Shown: positions 27,313 through 34,994, counted from the first letter of the stretch. The stretch: DNA of 64,000 nt from Patescibacteria group bacterium (GCA_041671645.1 JBAZBD010000001.1:799234-863233), one strand, 5' to 3'. The notes: generated from the sequence alone by a model not told the origin. Numbers and translations are program-made.

Positions 27313-27341
27313 ATTTTAACAAGAGAAGTGAACTCGTTCAA
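27313..27341 (-). promoter_or_regulatory. Promoter of the giant gene
   Basis: The minus strand reads TTGAAC (27341..27336), 17 nt, TAAAAT (27318..27313), about 35 nt upstream of the AGGAGG/TTG start. Confidence 0.5.
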
Positions 27342-27429
27342 GGGCAAAAGAGGGTCTTGGCTGTTGATAAGATACAGAAAAATAGAACAAATTTATTTGC
27401 CTCATATTTGTCTTTGCTAGACTAGATAA

Positions 27430-28158
27430 TTAGTAAATTTTCTTTTGCAAATTTTGACGGATTTTCCACGAATCAACTATCATTTTGAGCCCATCTTTCA
27501 ATGGGTTGACAGTCGAATGTGGATCATCGTGCCAGGTGATCCCCTCCTCCTTTATTTTGTATCCTAATTTTTTGGCAATAGCTAAAACTTCAATATCGAA
27601 AGAGAAGTCAAATATGGTCAGCTTCTCGAAAATCGCTCCGGCCGCCTCTTTCGAAAATAATTTGAAACCGCACTGTGTGTCTTTGATCCCAGGCGTCACA
27701 AGGGCTTGGATCATCCAGTTCAAAGCTCGGCTGCCCGCTCTTCGAGTGAATGACTGTGGGATGGCTAATTTGCCACCTTTGCAGTATCTGGAGCCGATGA
27801 CGACATCGTATTTATCGATATGGGCAAGAAGTTTGTCGACCTGTTCGATTGGGGTAGAATTATCAGCATCGGCGAATAACACATACTGGCCCTTTGCCAA
27901 TTTGATTCCGTCCTGCACTGCACCACCCTTCCCGCGGTTCTGTTCGCCTTCGTAGATCACCAGATTCGGAATTCTGTCCACAAAATGTTCGGCGGAGCCA
28001 ACCGTGTCATCAGGGGATGCATCAATTGCAACTATCGTTTCGACGATGAAGTCTTTGGTTTTAACATATTTTTCTATCGCTTCCAGAATAACGTGGATCC
28101 GTTTTTCTTCACGATATGCCGGAATCACAATTGATAAATAGATTTTCTCGTCCATCAA
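27430..28158 (-). CDS. GT2 glycosyltransferase, polyprenyl/dolichyl-phosphate hexose synthase-like (Dpm1/Ppm1-like)
   Basis: LSIVIPAYREEKRI..., IVAIDASPDDT, NRGKGGAV and FADADNSTP (DxD) fit the soluble GT-A fold. 242 aa. Confidence 0.8.
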   Translation of the reverse strand: MMDEKIYLSIVIPAYREEKRIHVILEAIEKYVKTKDFIVETIVAIDASPDDTVGSAEHFVDRIPNLVIYEGEQNRGKGGAVQDGIKLAKGQYVLFADADNSTPIEQVDKLLAHIDKYDVVIGSRYCKGGKLAIPQSFTRRAGSRALNWMIQALVTPGIKDTQCGFKLFSKEAAGAIFEKLTIFDFSFDIEVLAIAKKLGYKIKEEGITWHDDPHSTVNPLKDGLKMIVDSWKIRQNLQKKIY

Positions 28159-29993
28159 AGTCCTATTTTGTGATTAATATTTGGTCTGGGATAATCAAGA
28201 TATTTGATCGGATACGGAGATTTGGGCGGATGTTGCTTCAAGTCTTCCGGAGTAATGTTGTAGACCAGGATAGAGCCACCAATAATCGCCTTTGGCTTAA
28301 TATCGTCAAGCCAGTTGTACGACCATTTGCCCTCTTCTGGACCACGTAATTTTGACAATTGATAGAAAGTCGCAGAGACAGCCAACCAGCCCGTAGTGGG
28401 TCCGTAGCTAGAATGCCAGTCTGTACGACTTGGCAAGTAATAGGTGGGGACTGAACCGAAATAATCCACCTTAATATTCGTGATATTATTGTCGCCTACG
28501 TATTTCTTGAGTCGGAGAAAGTCCTGGCCCCAATCAAGTGAAGAGTCAACTAGCCTGGTGTAGCGCTTGTCTTTGGGGGTGAGTTCATTGAAATACGCGA
28601 TGAAATTAGGGAAATTTGAGATTGTTGAAACAGCTAAATATGCCAGAAGAATAACTAGGGCGATCTGCATCCGACCCAGTTTCCGCCAATTCCAGCTGGG
28701 ATTCACAATTGGATAAATTGCATAACCGATCATCAATAATACGAAGGGAATCGTTGGCATGAGATGACGAATACCAATGTTCAGCGAACCCTGCAATGTG
28801 ATAGCCCAGTAAATAACCCATGGCACGATTAGGAGCGAGAGCATCCATTTGATTTCTTTTTGCTTTGGCCAATTACGAATTATCGAATAAACAGAAAAGA
28901 AAAACATAGCTATGATTGGTAAGGGAGTTTTGAGCAACCAAGCGACCGGGAAATACCAGGGGATTGATTTGTCAGAAAGATGACCCCAAATAAAGGTTGC
29001 ATTGCCACCGCCAACACGGCCGATAACTAGGAATATTCCCAGGATATAGTGGCCAAGTGCTCGCAAGTACGGATTATTTTCAAATAAGTGGAGAAAGTTT
29101 CTAAGGGGCAAAGTCCTCGCATCGGACGTCATATTTGTGTCTATCAATTGATGCTCGATAGCAGGCGGAGTCTTCCAAACCAAAGGTAGGTAAACCAACC
29201 AGACGACCACCAATGAGATCAGACTGACATATACTAGAGGCATGAAATTTGCAACAAAATTATGCCGGAAGCCTTTCTCCTTTCTATCCAAAACGGCCCG
29301 AACTACCACGAGAATGAAGAAAATCGGGAACAGCAAAACCCCAGAAAACTTTAGGAGTTCAGCTATCCCGAGCGCAACTCCGGCAAGCAAAATGCTCGAC
29401 AAAGTTTTCTTAGTGACCGCCTTGTCAAAGGCATACGTCGCCAAGACAAAACCAAATGCCGCCGCTACGTCGGTAGTGACTAGCCGGCCGTGAGCGATGA
29501 CGTCAGGGTAAAGCGCATATAGGAAAAGGATGACTACGCCGACTTTCCAGCCGAAGAGCTCAATCGCCCACTTGAAGAGCAACAGGCCCAGCCCAATCAT
29601 GAGCAGCATCATCGGAAGTCTGGCAAGAGAGAATACTTCGGCAGGATCGTTGCCTTGACGATAAATCATGCTCCAGCCCGATTCCCATTGGTTTATGTCT
29701 TTGAAGCTTGAATCGTCCTCTGGACCCTTGATCTTACTATTCATGACGAGAGGAACACCGGCCAGAACTTTCGCCAGAGGCGGATGCTCTGGATTCAATC
29801 GATAATCTTGATCTTTTAAGTAGGTATAGCCAGCGGGAATATGTGCGATTTCATCGACAATAGCAGAATCACCCGGCGTGTTTCCGATCCCTCGGGAGGA
29901 AAATAGGGCGAGCAAGAACATAAACAGGAGAATCCCCGCAGGCACGAAATATTTATATTGTATTTTACTGCAGATCCTCTTTAGCAATTTCAT
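28155..29993 (-). CDS. GT39/PMT-family (ArnT-like) polyprenyl-phosphate-sugar-dependent glycosyltransferase
   Basis: 612 aa with more than 10 TMs. The first loop carries the DE motif (IVDEIAHIPAGY) and NPEHPPLAKVL, typical of PMT/GT39. It overlaps the downstream GT2 start by 4 nt. Confidence 0.75.
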   Translation of the reverse strand: MKLLKRICSKIQYKYFVPAGILLFMFLLALFSSRGIGNTPGDSAIVDEIAHIPAGYTYLKDQDYRLNPEHPPLAKVLAGVPLVMNSKIKGPEDDSSFKDINQWESGWSMIYRQGNDPAEVFSLARLPMMLLMIGLGLLLFKWAIELFGWKVGVVILFLYALYPDVIAHGRLVTTDVAAAFGFVLATYAFDKAVTKKTLSSILLAGVALGIAELLKFSGVLLFPIFFILVVVRAVLDRKEKGFRHNFVANFMPLVYVSLISLVVVWLVYLPLVWKTPPAIEHQLIDTNMTSDARTLPLRNFLHLFENNPYLRALGHYILGIFLVIGRVGGGNATFIWGHLSDKSIPWYFPVAWLLKTPLPIIAMFFFSVYSIIRNWPKQKEIKWMLSLLIVPWVIYWAITLQGSLNIGIRHLMPTIPFVLLMIGYAIYPIVNPSWNWRKLGRMQIALVILLAYLAVSTISNFPNFIAYFNELTPKDKRYTRLVDSSLDWGQDFLRLKKYVGDNNITNIKVDYFGSVPTYYLPSRTDWHSSYGPTTGWLAVSATFYQLSKLRGPEEGKWSYNWLDDIKPKAIIGGSILVYNITPEDLKQHPPKSPYPIKYLDYPRPNINHKIGL

Positions 29994-31500
29994 TTTGTCC
30001 CTCCAAAATATTTGACCTCTTTGTTGATTTCGTAGTCACTCTGAAAACTTCAAGATATTTACCAAACATCAGCCGAGTCTGTGATTCCATAGCTGGGATG
30101 GAAGAAAAGAAAATGTTGGAAATCGGCATTACAAATGGGGTCAGGCACCAGTCGAGTAGAATTCGACCAAATGGTTTCCTGCCTTGTCTCTTCGGCATCA
30201 GAAGGGTAGAAATCACAAGTGTGACAATCATACCGAGCCATGCGATAGTCAGCATTTTGATATACACTCCGCGAAAGCTATATGCCAAAATGTCTCCCTG
30301 AAAGGCAGAGCCGAAAAAAACCGGAATCCAGGCTGAAGTGATCAGGACCAACGATGTCGTCGACCAGGAGATATGTGATTCCCATAATATCAAAGCGTTC
30401 GCCCACCTGTCAAAAAACGGTATTTTGTGGTTTCCTATCGTATTTTCCATCACAAAAGGGATGTCTGACACACCCCAAGCCCAACGTTTTTTCTGCAAAT
30501 ACTGCTCACGCATAGTATTCCTGAAAGTGTCAGCCAAGACTGCGTCCTGATAGATTGGAGTATACATCGGTACCACTTCGTGACAGCCGTCAAACCGATA
30601 ATAAGTTCGCCAAAACTGATGGCCGTCTTCCACAATCGTCTTGGTCGACCAGAAATCTGTTTGGACTAGTGCGGCTAGACTCTGTGCATGGGCAGAGAAA
30701 TTACGAAGCCGAGAAGGTCTTGTCGTAACAATTAATTGCCAAAAAGACGAACCCATCGCCATCAACCGATTCATCATCGGCACGTCCCAAATATTGTTGA
30801 AAAACATAGGCAACGGCTGAAAACTTTTGTGGATGGGATCGGGATCAGTGACATATTTATAAGTCAGATCGAGGAGATAATTTTTGTCCATGATATGGTC
30901 CGAATCCATCGTTGTCACGACCACATTTTCGTAAGGAATTTTCTCTTTGTCGATTTGTTCGAGTACCTTTCTGGCCGCGTAGGTGATGTTCCCACCTTTA
31001 CCGATCACTTCACCGGGAATATCCTTGGGATGCATTACGGTCATGAAAAGATGAAACTTCTTGCCGTGCTTTTCGGTTAATATTTTGGAATACTCCCCTG
31101 CCCGTTCTTTGTCGCGCTCCTCCGTCCCCAAGACATAAATAACATGATCCTGCGGGTAATTCGAAGTGAGAACGGAACGAATAGATGATTCTAGAATTTC
31201 AATATCTTCCTTGTATGTCGGAACAATCACAAGATGATATATCTCCTTCCATTTGCCGTCCGTCTGGTCTAATTTTGCTTGCCAATCAGTTTTCATGTCA
31301 CGTCGATAATTTCGATAACCCAGGATTAACCGATAAGACATCACAAATGTTCTTATCAACCAGTAAGTTAGATAAAAAATCATGTAAATAGCAAATACTT
31401 TTGGCGAGACTAGGACAACGACGAAAGGCAAAAGCAATATTGACCAAGAAATCAAACCGGGGAGTACTTCAAACAATCTTTTGTATTTCCAGGTGTTCAT
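29965..31500 (-). CDS. Membrane GT2 of the processive beta-glycan synthase type (cellulose/chitin-synthase-like)
   Basis: N-terminal TMs, VIVPTYKED, TMDSDH (DxD-like) and QKKRWAWG (QxxRW), followed by C-terminal TMs. 511 aa. Confidence 0.75.
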   Translation of the reverse strand: MNTWKYKRLFEVLPGLISWSILLLPFVVVLVSPKVFAIYMIFYLTYWLIRTFVMSYRLILGYRNYRRDMKTDWQAKLDQTDGKWKEIYHLVIVPTYKEDIEILESSIRSVLTSNYPQDHVIYVLGTEERDKERAGEYSKILTEKHGKKFHLFMTVMHPKDIPGEVIGKGGNITYAARKVLEQIDKEKIPYENVVVTTMDSDHIMDKNYLLDLTYKYVTDPDPIHKSFQPLPMFFNNIWDVPMMNRLMAMGSSFWQLIVTTRPSRLRNFSAHAQSLAALVQTDFWSTKTIVEDGHQFWRTYYRFDGCHEVVPMYTPIYQDAVLADTFRNTMREQYLQKKRWAWGVSDIPFVMENTIGNHKIPFFDRWANALILWESHISWSTTSLVLITSAWIPVFFGSAFQGDILAYSFRGVYIKMLTIAWLGMIVTLVISTLLMPKRQGRKPFGRILLDWCLTPFVMPISNIFFSSIPAMESQTRLMFGKYLEVFRVTTKSTKRSNILEGQNEIAKEDLQ

Positions 31501-31829
31501 TGGTGAGATAGATAATAAATTTCCAAAATCATTACAAGTGCTACTGCCAAGATATTGCCGATGAAGAGGAGATAGCCAATTTCGCGTTCTCTTTTGAAGG
31601 AAGAAAAGGCCAAAACAGTGTTGAGAATCAGAATGATGAAAAGCAGTTTGATTGGGTAAACACCGATTCTGATATAGACAAAAATGTCTGGAGAGCTAAG
31701 CAAGAAATGCCAGATAAGATAATCTACAAACGACCAGATTAGGGAAATAGAAAACAAATACCGATTCACGATATCGTCAACCAGAAATTCCTTCAGGAAC
31801 GGACCAAGGGTGGTTATATATTTTTTCAT
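31497..31829 (-). CDS. Small polytopic membrane protein (110 aa), first gene of the glycosylation operon
   Basis: I chose the start at MKKYITTLGPF (ATG 31829) because the longer track ORF (31853) would overlap tRNA-Thr. It overlaps the next gene by 4 nt (ATGA). Confidence 0.55.
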   Translation of the reverse strand: MKKYITTLGPFLKEFLVDDIVNRYLFSISLIWSFVDYLIWHFLLSSPDIFVYIRIGVYPIKLLFIILILNTVLAFSSFKREREIGYLLFIGNILAVALVMILEIYYLSHQ

Positions 31830-31842
31830 ATTTTTTGTATTT

Positions 31843-31918
31843 TGGAGCCGCATTCGAGATTCGAACTCGAGACCTCCACTTTACGAAAGTGTTGCTCTAC
31901 CAGCTGAGCTAAAGCGGC
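31843..31918 (-). tRNA. tRNA-Thr (anticodon CGT), CCA encoded
   Basis: The reverse complement reads GCCGCTTTAGCTCAGCTGGTAGAGCA-ACACT-TTCGTAA-AGTGG...TCGAGTTCGAATCTCGA-ATGCGGC-T-CCA, with one U-U mismatch in the acceptor stem. Confidence 0.85.
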
Positions 31919-31919
31919 A

Positions 31920-31993
31920 TGGAGCGGGTAGTGGGAATCGAACCCGCGACTCATCCTTGGGAAGGATACATTTTACCACTAAACTATACCCGC
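31920..31993 (-). tRNA. tRNA-Gly (anticodon CCC), CCA encoded
   Basis: The reverse complement reads GCGGGTATAGTTTAGTGGTAAAA...TATCC-TTCCCAA-GGATG...GGGTTCGATTCCC...TACCCGC-T-CCA, with a perfect acceptor stem. It lies 1 nt from tRNA-Thr. Confidence 0.9.
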
Positions 31994-32092
31994 ATTAATA
32001 ACGACGATATTATCTACTACTAGAAAATTTATCACTTTGGGGTTGAAAAAACAATCGCTTGCCAATATTTTGTGTAAATAGAAATTCCAAGC

Positions 32093-32121
32093 TTGAAGAT
32101 CACTCAGAAAAATTGTATAGT
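32093..32121 (+). promoter_or_regulatory. Promoter for trpS
   Basis: TTGAAG (32093..32098), 17 nt, TATAGT (32116..32121), 24 nt upstream of the ATG. Confidence 0.5.
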
Positions 32122-32145
32122 TATTGCAAATCAAGAAAGGATTTC

Positions 32146-33153
32146 ATGGAACAGAAAAAAGTTATATTGACAGGAGACAGACCGACAGGCAAACTTCACC
32201 TCGGTCATTTTGTCGGTTCACTCCAAAATCGAGTCAAATTGCAACATGAGTATGAACAATTCATACTGATAGCCGACCTCCAGGCCCTGACAGACAACTC
32301 TGAAAATCCGGAAAAAATTAGGTCAAATGTCCTCGAAGTAGCCCTAGACTACCTAGCGGTTGGAATAGACCCGGAGATTTCCACAATATGTATTCAGTCC
32401 GAACTGCCCGCACTTTCTGATTTGACAATGTACTACTTAAATCTCGTCTCGCTTGCCCGACTTCAACGCAATCCTACAGTTAAAGATGAAATGAATCAAA
32501 AAGGCTTTGGAGCTGAAGTCCCTGCCGGATTTTTGACATATCCGATCAGCCAAGCCGCCGATATATCTGCATTTAAGGCAACTTTGGTACCAGTCGGCGC
32601 TGACCAGCTCCCGATGATTGAGCAAACCAACGAGATCGTTCGCAAATTTAATCGTGTTTACAATTCCAACGCATTAGTTGAATGTGAAGCACTAGTATCC
32701 GAAACTGGTCGACTTCCTGGTATCGACGGTAGCAACAAGATGTCCAAGTCCCTTGGCAACTGCATATATCTCTCAGATTCAGCTGAGGAGATCAAACAAA
32801 AAGTCATGAATATGTACACCGACCCGGATCACATCCATGTCGAAGATCCAGGAAAAGTTGAGGGGAATACTGTATTCGCCTATCTCGACATTTTTGATGA
32901 AAACAAAGACGAGATCGCGAAATTAAAAGAAGAGTACAAAAAGGGCGGCCTTGGCGACGTAACACTTAAGAATCGTTTGAATGATATTTTGCAGGAATTG
33001 CTCAATCCAATCAGAGCAAAGCGCGAAGAATTGGCCAAAGACCCAGATGCAATTATGAAAATTTTGGAAAAAGGCTCAGAGAAAGCTCGGGCAATTACTG
33101 GCAAAACGTTAGAGGAAATTAAATCTGCGATGAAGCTGGATTATTTCGCATAA
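32146..33153 (+). CDS. trpS: Tryptophan--tRNA ligase
   Basis: Class I signature (TGKLHLGH) and KMSKS. I chose the start at [15 protein letters not shown] with an AAAGGA RBS; the N-terminal extension in the track is unlikely. Confidence 0.9.
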   Translation: MEQKKVILTGDRPTGKLHLGHFVGSLQNRVKLQHEYEQFILIADLQALTDNSENPEKIRSNVLEVALDYLAVGIDPEISTICIQSELPALSDLTMYYLNLVSLARLQRNPTVKDEMNQKGFGAEVPAGFLTYPISQAADISAFKATLVPVGADQLPMIEQTNEIVRKFNRVYNSNALVECEALVSETGRLPGIDGSNKMSKSLGNCIYLSDSAEEIKQKVMNMYTDPDHIHVEDPGKVEGNTVFAYLDIFDENKDEIAKLKEEYKKGGLGDVTLKNRLNDILQELLNPIRAKREELAKDPDAIMKILEKGSEKARAITGKTLEEIKSAMKLDYFA

Positions 33154-33158
33154 GATTC

Positions 33159-33184
33159 AAACGCCTCATATGTCTGAGGTGTTT
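33159..33184 (+). terminator. Hairpin terminator after trpS (variant of the palindromic family)
   Basis: AAACGCCTCA-TATGTC-TGAGGTGTTT, 6 nt after the stop. Confidence 0.6.
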
Positions 33185-33199
33185 CCGATATCCACTTCA

Positions 33200-33228
33200 T
33201 TGATTTTTGAGTCCAAATTTGTTATAAT
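33200..33228 (+). promoter_or_regulatory. Strong promoter ahead of the tRNA-Asp 5' fragment and the GIY-YIG ORF
   Basis: TTGATT (33200..33205), 17 nt including the TGn extension, TATAAT (33223..33228). Confidence 0.6.
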
Positions 33229-33240
33229 CCATTCTATTGC

Positions 33241-33256
33241 GGGGGCGTAGTTTCAG
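33241..33256 (+). repeat. Duplicated 5' end of tRNA-Asp (fragment)
   Basis: GGGGGCGTAGTT(T)CAG matches tRNA-Asp positions 1-15 at 33564..33578: 12 identical nt (13 with the preceding C), a 1-nt insertion, then CAG. Confidence 0.7.
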
Positions 33257-33282
33257 CCAAAGGCTGATCAGCCTCTGGCTGA
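33253..33282 (+). other. Twin tandem hairpins with identical stems in the 5' leader of the GIY-YIG ORF
   Basis: TCAGCC-AAA-GGCTGA is immediately followed by TCAGCC-TCT-GGCTGA. Confidence 0.6.
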
Positions 33283-33294
33283 CAGTTGGAAAAT

Positions 33295-33573
33295 ATGCAT
33301 TTTGTTTATTTCTTAAAAAGTATTACCAACGGAAAGTATTACGTCGGTCAGACAGATCGCGAACCTTCTGTACGTTTACAAGAGCATAATTCTGGCCATA
33401 ATTCATGGACAAAAAAGAATGGCCCCTTCGAACTGATTTACCACGAAAGTTATGCATGCAAAGAAGATGCTAGGAGGAGAGAAAACTTTTATAAATCTGG
33501 TATTGGCAAAAGGGTTATGAAAGCGATAATCGAGATATTTGTTAATAAGGAAAAACCAACTACGGGGGCGTAG
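33295..33573 (+). CDS. Small GIY-YIG (URI-domain) nuclease family protein, 92 aa
   Basis: Begins MHFVYFLKSITNGKYYVGQT, followed by R..EHNSG, PFELIY.E and RRREN. Its stop codon (TAG 33571..33573) lies inside the first 10 nt of tRNA-Asp. Confidence 0.8.
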   Translation: MHFVYFLKSITNGKYYVGQTDREPSVRLQEHNSGHNSWTKKNGPFELIYHESYACKEDARRRENFYKSGIGKRVMKAIIEIFVNKEKPTTGA

Positions 33574-33640
33574 TTCAGTTGGTTAGAACGCCACACTGTC
33601 ACTGTGGAGGTCGCCGGTTCGAGCCCGGTCGCTCCCGCCA
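33564..33640 (+). tRNA. tRNA-Asp (anticodon GTC), CCA encoded
   Basis: GGGGGCG-TA-GTTCAGTTGGTTAGAAC-G-CCACA-CTGTCAC-TGTGG-AGGTC-GCCGGTTCGAGCCCGGT-CGCTCCC-G-CCA. Confidence 0.9.
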
Positions 33641-33712
33641 TATGTTGGTTTTTCCTTAAGAATAATGTCTCTCTAGCAGGTCTGGGGCAGAGGCCCGCCC
33701 ATCCTCGACTGG

Positions 33713-33724
33713 GCTCCCGCCATA
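33713..33724 (+). repeat. Duplicated 3' end of tRNA-Asp (12 nt)
   Basis: GCTCCCGCCATA is identical to 33631..33642 (tRNA 3' end plus 2 flanking nt), 82 bp downstream. Confidence 0.7.
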
Positions 33725-33731
33725 AAAAAGG

Positions 33732-33754
33732 ATAGCTCTTCGAGCTATTTTTTT
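33732..33754 (+). terminator. Rho-independent terminator of the tRNA-Asp unit
   Basis: ATAGCTC-TTC-GAGCTAT followed by TTTTTTT. Confidence 0.65.
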
Positions 33755-33825
33755 GTTGCAGAGCCGTCAAGACTCGCACGAGATTAGCGTATTTGATATA
33801 ATCAAAAAAATAAATTGGAGTTAGA

Positions 33826-34815
33826 ATGTCTGAGCATAATCTTGGCGCGAGTAAAAGCGATACAAAATTTTCAGCATCGGATGAACAAGTTAATCCAATA
33901 CAACCTGGCGGTCCTTTGCCAGACCATATGCTATGGGAAACCAGTGTAGATCAGAATGATCCATCAATAGAATTGGGTATTACAACACCTGATGGCGATT
34001 ATTTTCCATTCGATCATGGCGAATCGCTAATTATGATCATGATGGCAGATGGCCAGAGACAACCATTTGTTAGACTGAAAAGTGGCCAGGAAGTCAGGTT
34101 TGAATCTTGGAGATTATCAAGAAGACAAGAATTTGCTGAAGTATTAGACAATGTCGACGAAGATTATAAGGCAGCATATCTCGCGGCACTGGAAGACTTC
34201 CCCCATCTTGACCAGATGCAAGTCGAATTGGCAACTTCCCAGCAATATCCAAATCTGAAGTATACTGGCGGCTTTTGGCGAAAACCTCAAAGCGACGCAG
34301 ATGCTCCAAAAATTGTTGTTATTATGGGGCAAAATGGGCTATATGAACAGCTACTAATCGATCGAGAGCTCTCGGCCAGAAAAAGTGCTGAGATAATCGG
34401 TATCGATTTCGAGGTGATGAAAGAACACCCAAATATTTTAAAACTTTTTATTTTCCTCCATGAAATCGGCCATGTTGAGGATTATATAACAAACTTTCGC
34501 AAGAAAAGTGAATTAGACGGTTCTGATCCAGTGCAGGCAAAACGAGAAAAACGCAATCGAGAAATGGTCACTTTGCCTATTCCTGGAGTAAGTCCAGATT
34601 TGGCGAGACGAATGTACGACAGCGGAGAGCTCCAAACATACTACGCAAAATATCAACAAAATTACCAAAGGATTAGAGGGTTAATGTCGGTTGAAGAATT
34701 GCTAGATGCCAACGAGATTGCTTACCATGAGCTCCCGTCAGAGAGATATGCTGATCAACGGGCAGGAGAGATATTAAGAAAACATTGGAACGTATTAATC
34801 AATCACACCAAATAG
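33826..34815 (+). CDS. Hypothetical protein with an HExxH motif (possible zinc metallopeptidase-like), 329 aa
   Basis: GGAG RBS. LFIFLHEIGHVEDY, with a later YHELPSERYADQRAGEIL segment. No signal peptide or TM. Confidence 0.6.
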   Translation: MSEHNLGASKSDTKFSASDEQVNPIQPGGPLPDHMLWETSVDQNDPSIELGITTPDGDYFPFDHGESLIMIMMADGQRQPFVRLKSGQEVRFESWRLSRRQEFAEVLDNVDEDYKAAYLAALEDFPHLDQMQVELATSQQYPNLKYTGGFWRKPQSDADAPKIVVIMGQNGLYEQLLIDRELSARKSAEIIGIDFEVMKEHPNILKLFIFLHEIGHVEDYITNFRKKSELDGSDPVQAKREKRNREMVTLPIPGVSPDLARRMYDSGELQTYYAKYQQNYQRIRGLMSVEELLDANEIAYHELPSERYADQRAGEILRKHWNVLINHTK

Positions 34816-34886
34816 TGATGTATTAATTCGAGATAAAAATGTATTCAGACCGATAGTTCTAACTTCCGCCACTATGCCCCGCCGTT

Positions 34887-34926
34887 AAGAATCACCAATC
34901 TTTGTAAAAATTGGTGATTCTTTATT
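34887..34926 (+). terminator. Rho-independent terminator
   Basis: Perfect 13-bp stem AAGAATCACCAAT / ATTGGTGATTCTT followed by TATTT. Confidence 0.7.
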
Positions 34927-34994
34927 TGCTAATACTCTTGCATTTAGGTCAAGATCGTTGTACTGTGGAGCTGATAATTAATAGAAAGGGTGTT

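Noticed and set aside
28514-28530. GGAGAAAGTCCTGGCCC, which resembles the conserved GAGGAAAGUCCGGGC core of RNase P RNA.
   Set aside because: It lies inside the well-supported GT39 coding sequence on the non-coding strand, and no flanking RNase P helices are present.
31994-32145. A possible T-box leader upstream of trpS.
   Set aside because: The spacer is only about 150 nt and is shared with the divergent tRNA genes. The promoter sits 24 nt from the ATG. No T-box sequence (AGGGTGGNACCGCG-like) or terminator/antiterminator pair is visible.
32059-32145. N-terminal extensions offered by the ORF track for trpS (32059), the ABC transporter (6486), SPFH (34911), yebC (51745), tsaB (42313), the small membrane gene (31853), the 43663 ORF and others.
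   Set aside because: Internal ATGs give canonical family N-termini with an RBS at proper spacing. The extensions would also overlap a tRNA, a terminator hairpin or the upstream gene.
33489-33779. A 96-aa minus-strand ORF across tRNA-Asp.
   Set aside because: It is antisense to a canonical tRNA and to the end of the GIY-YIG ORF, with no RBS or motif.
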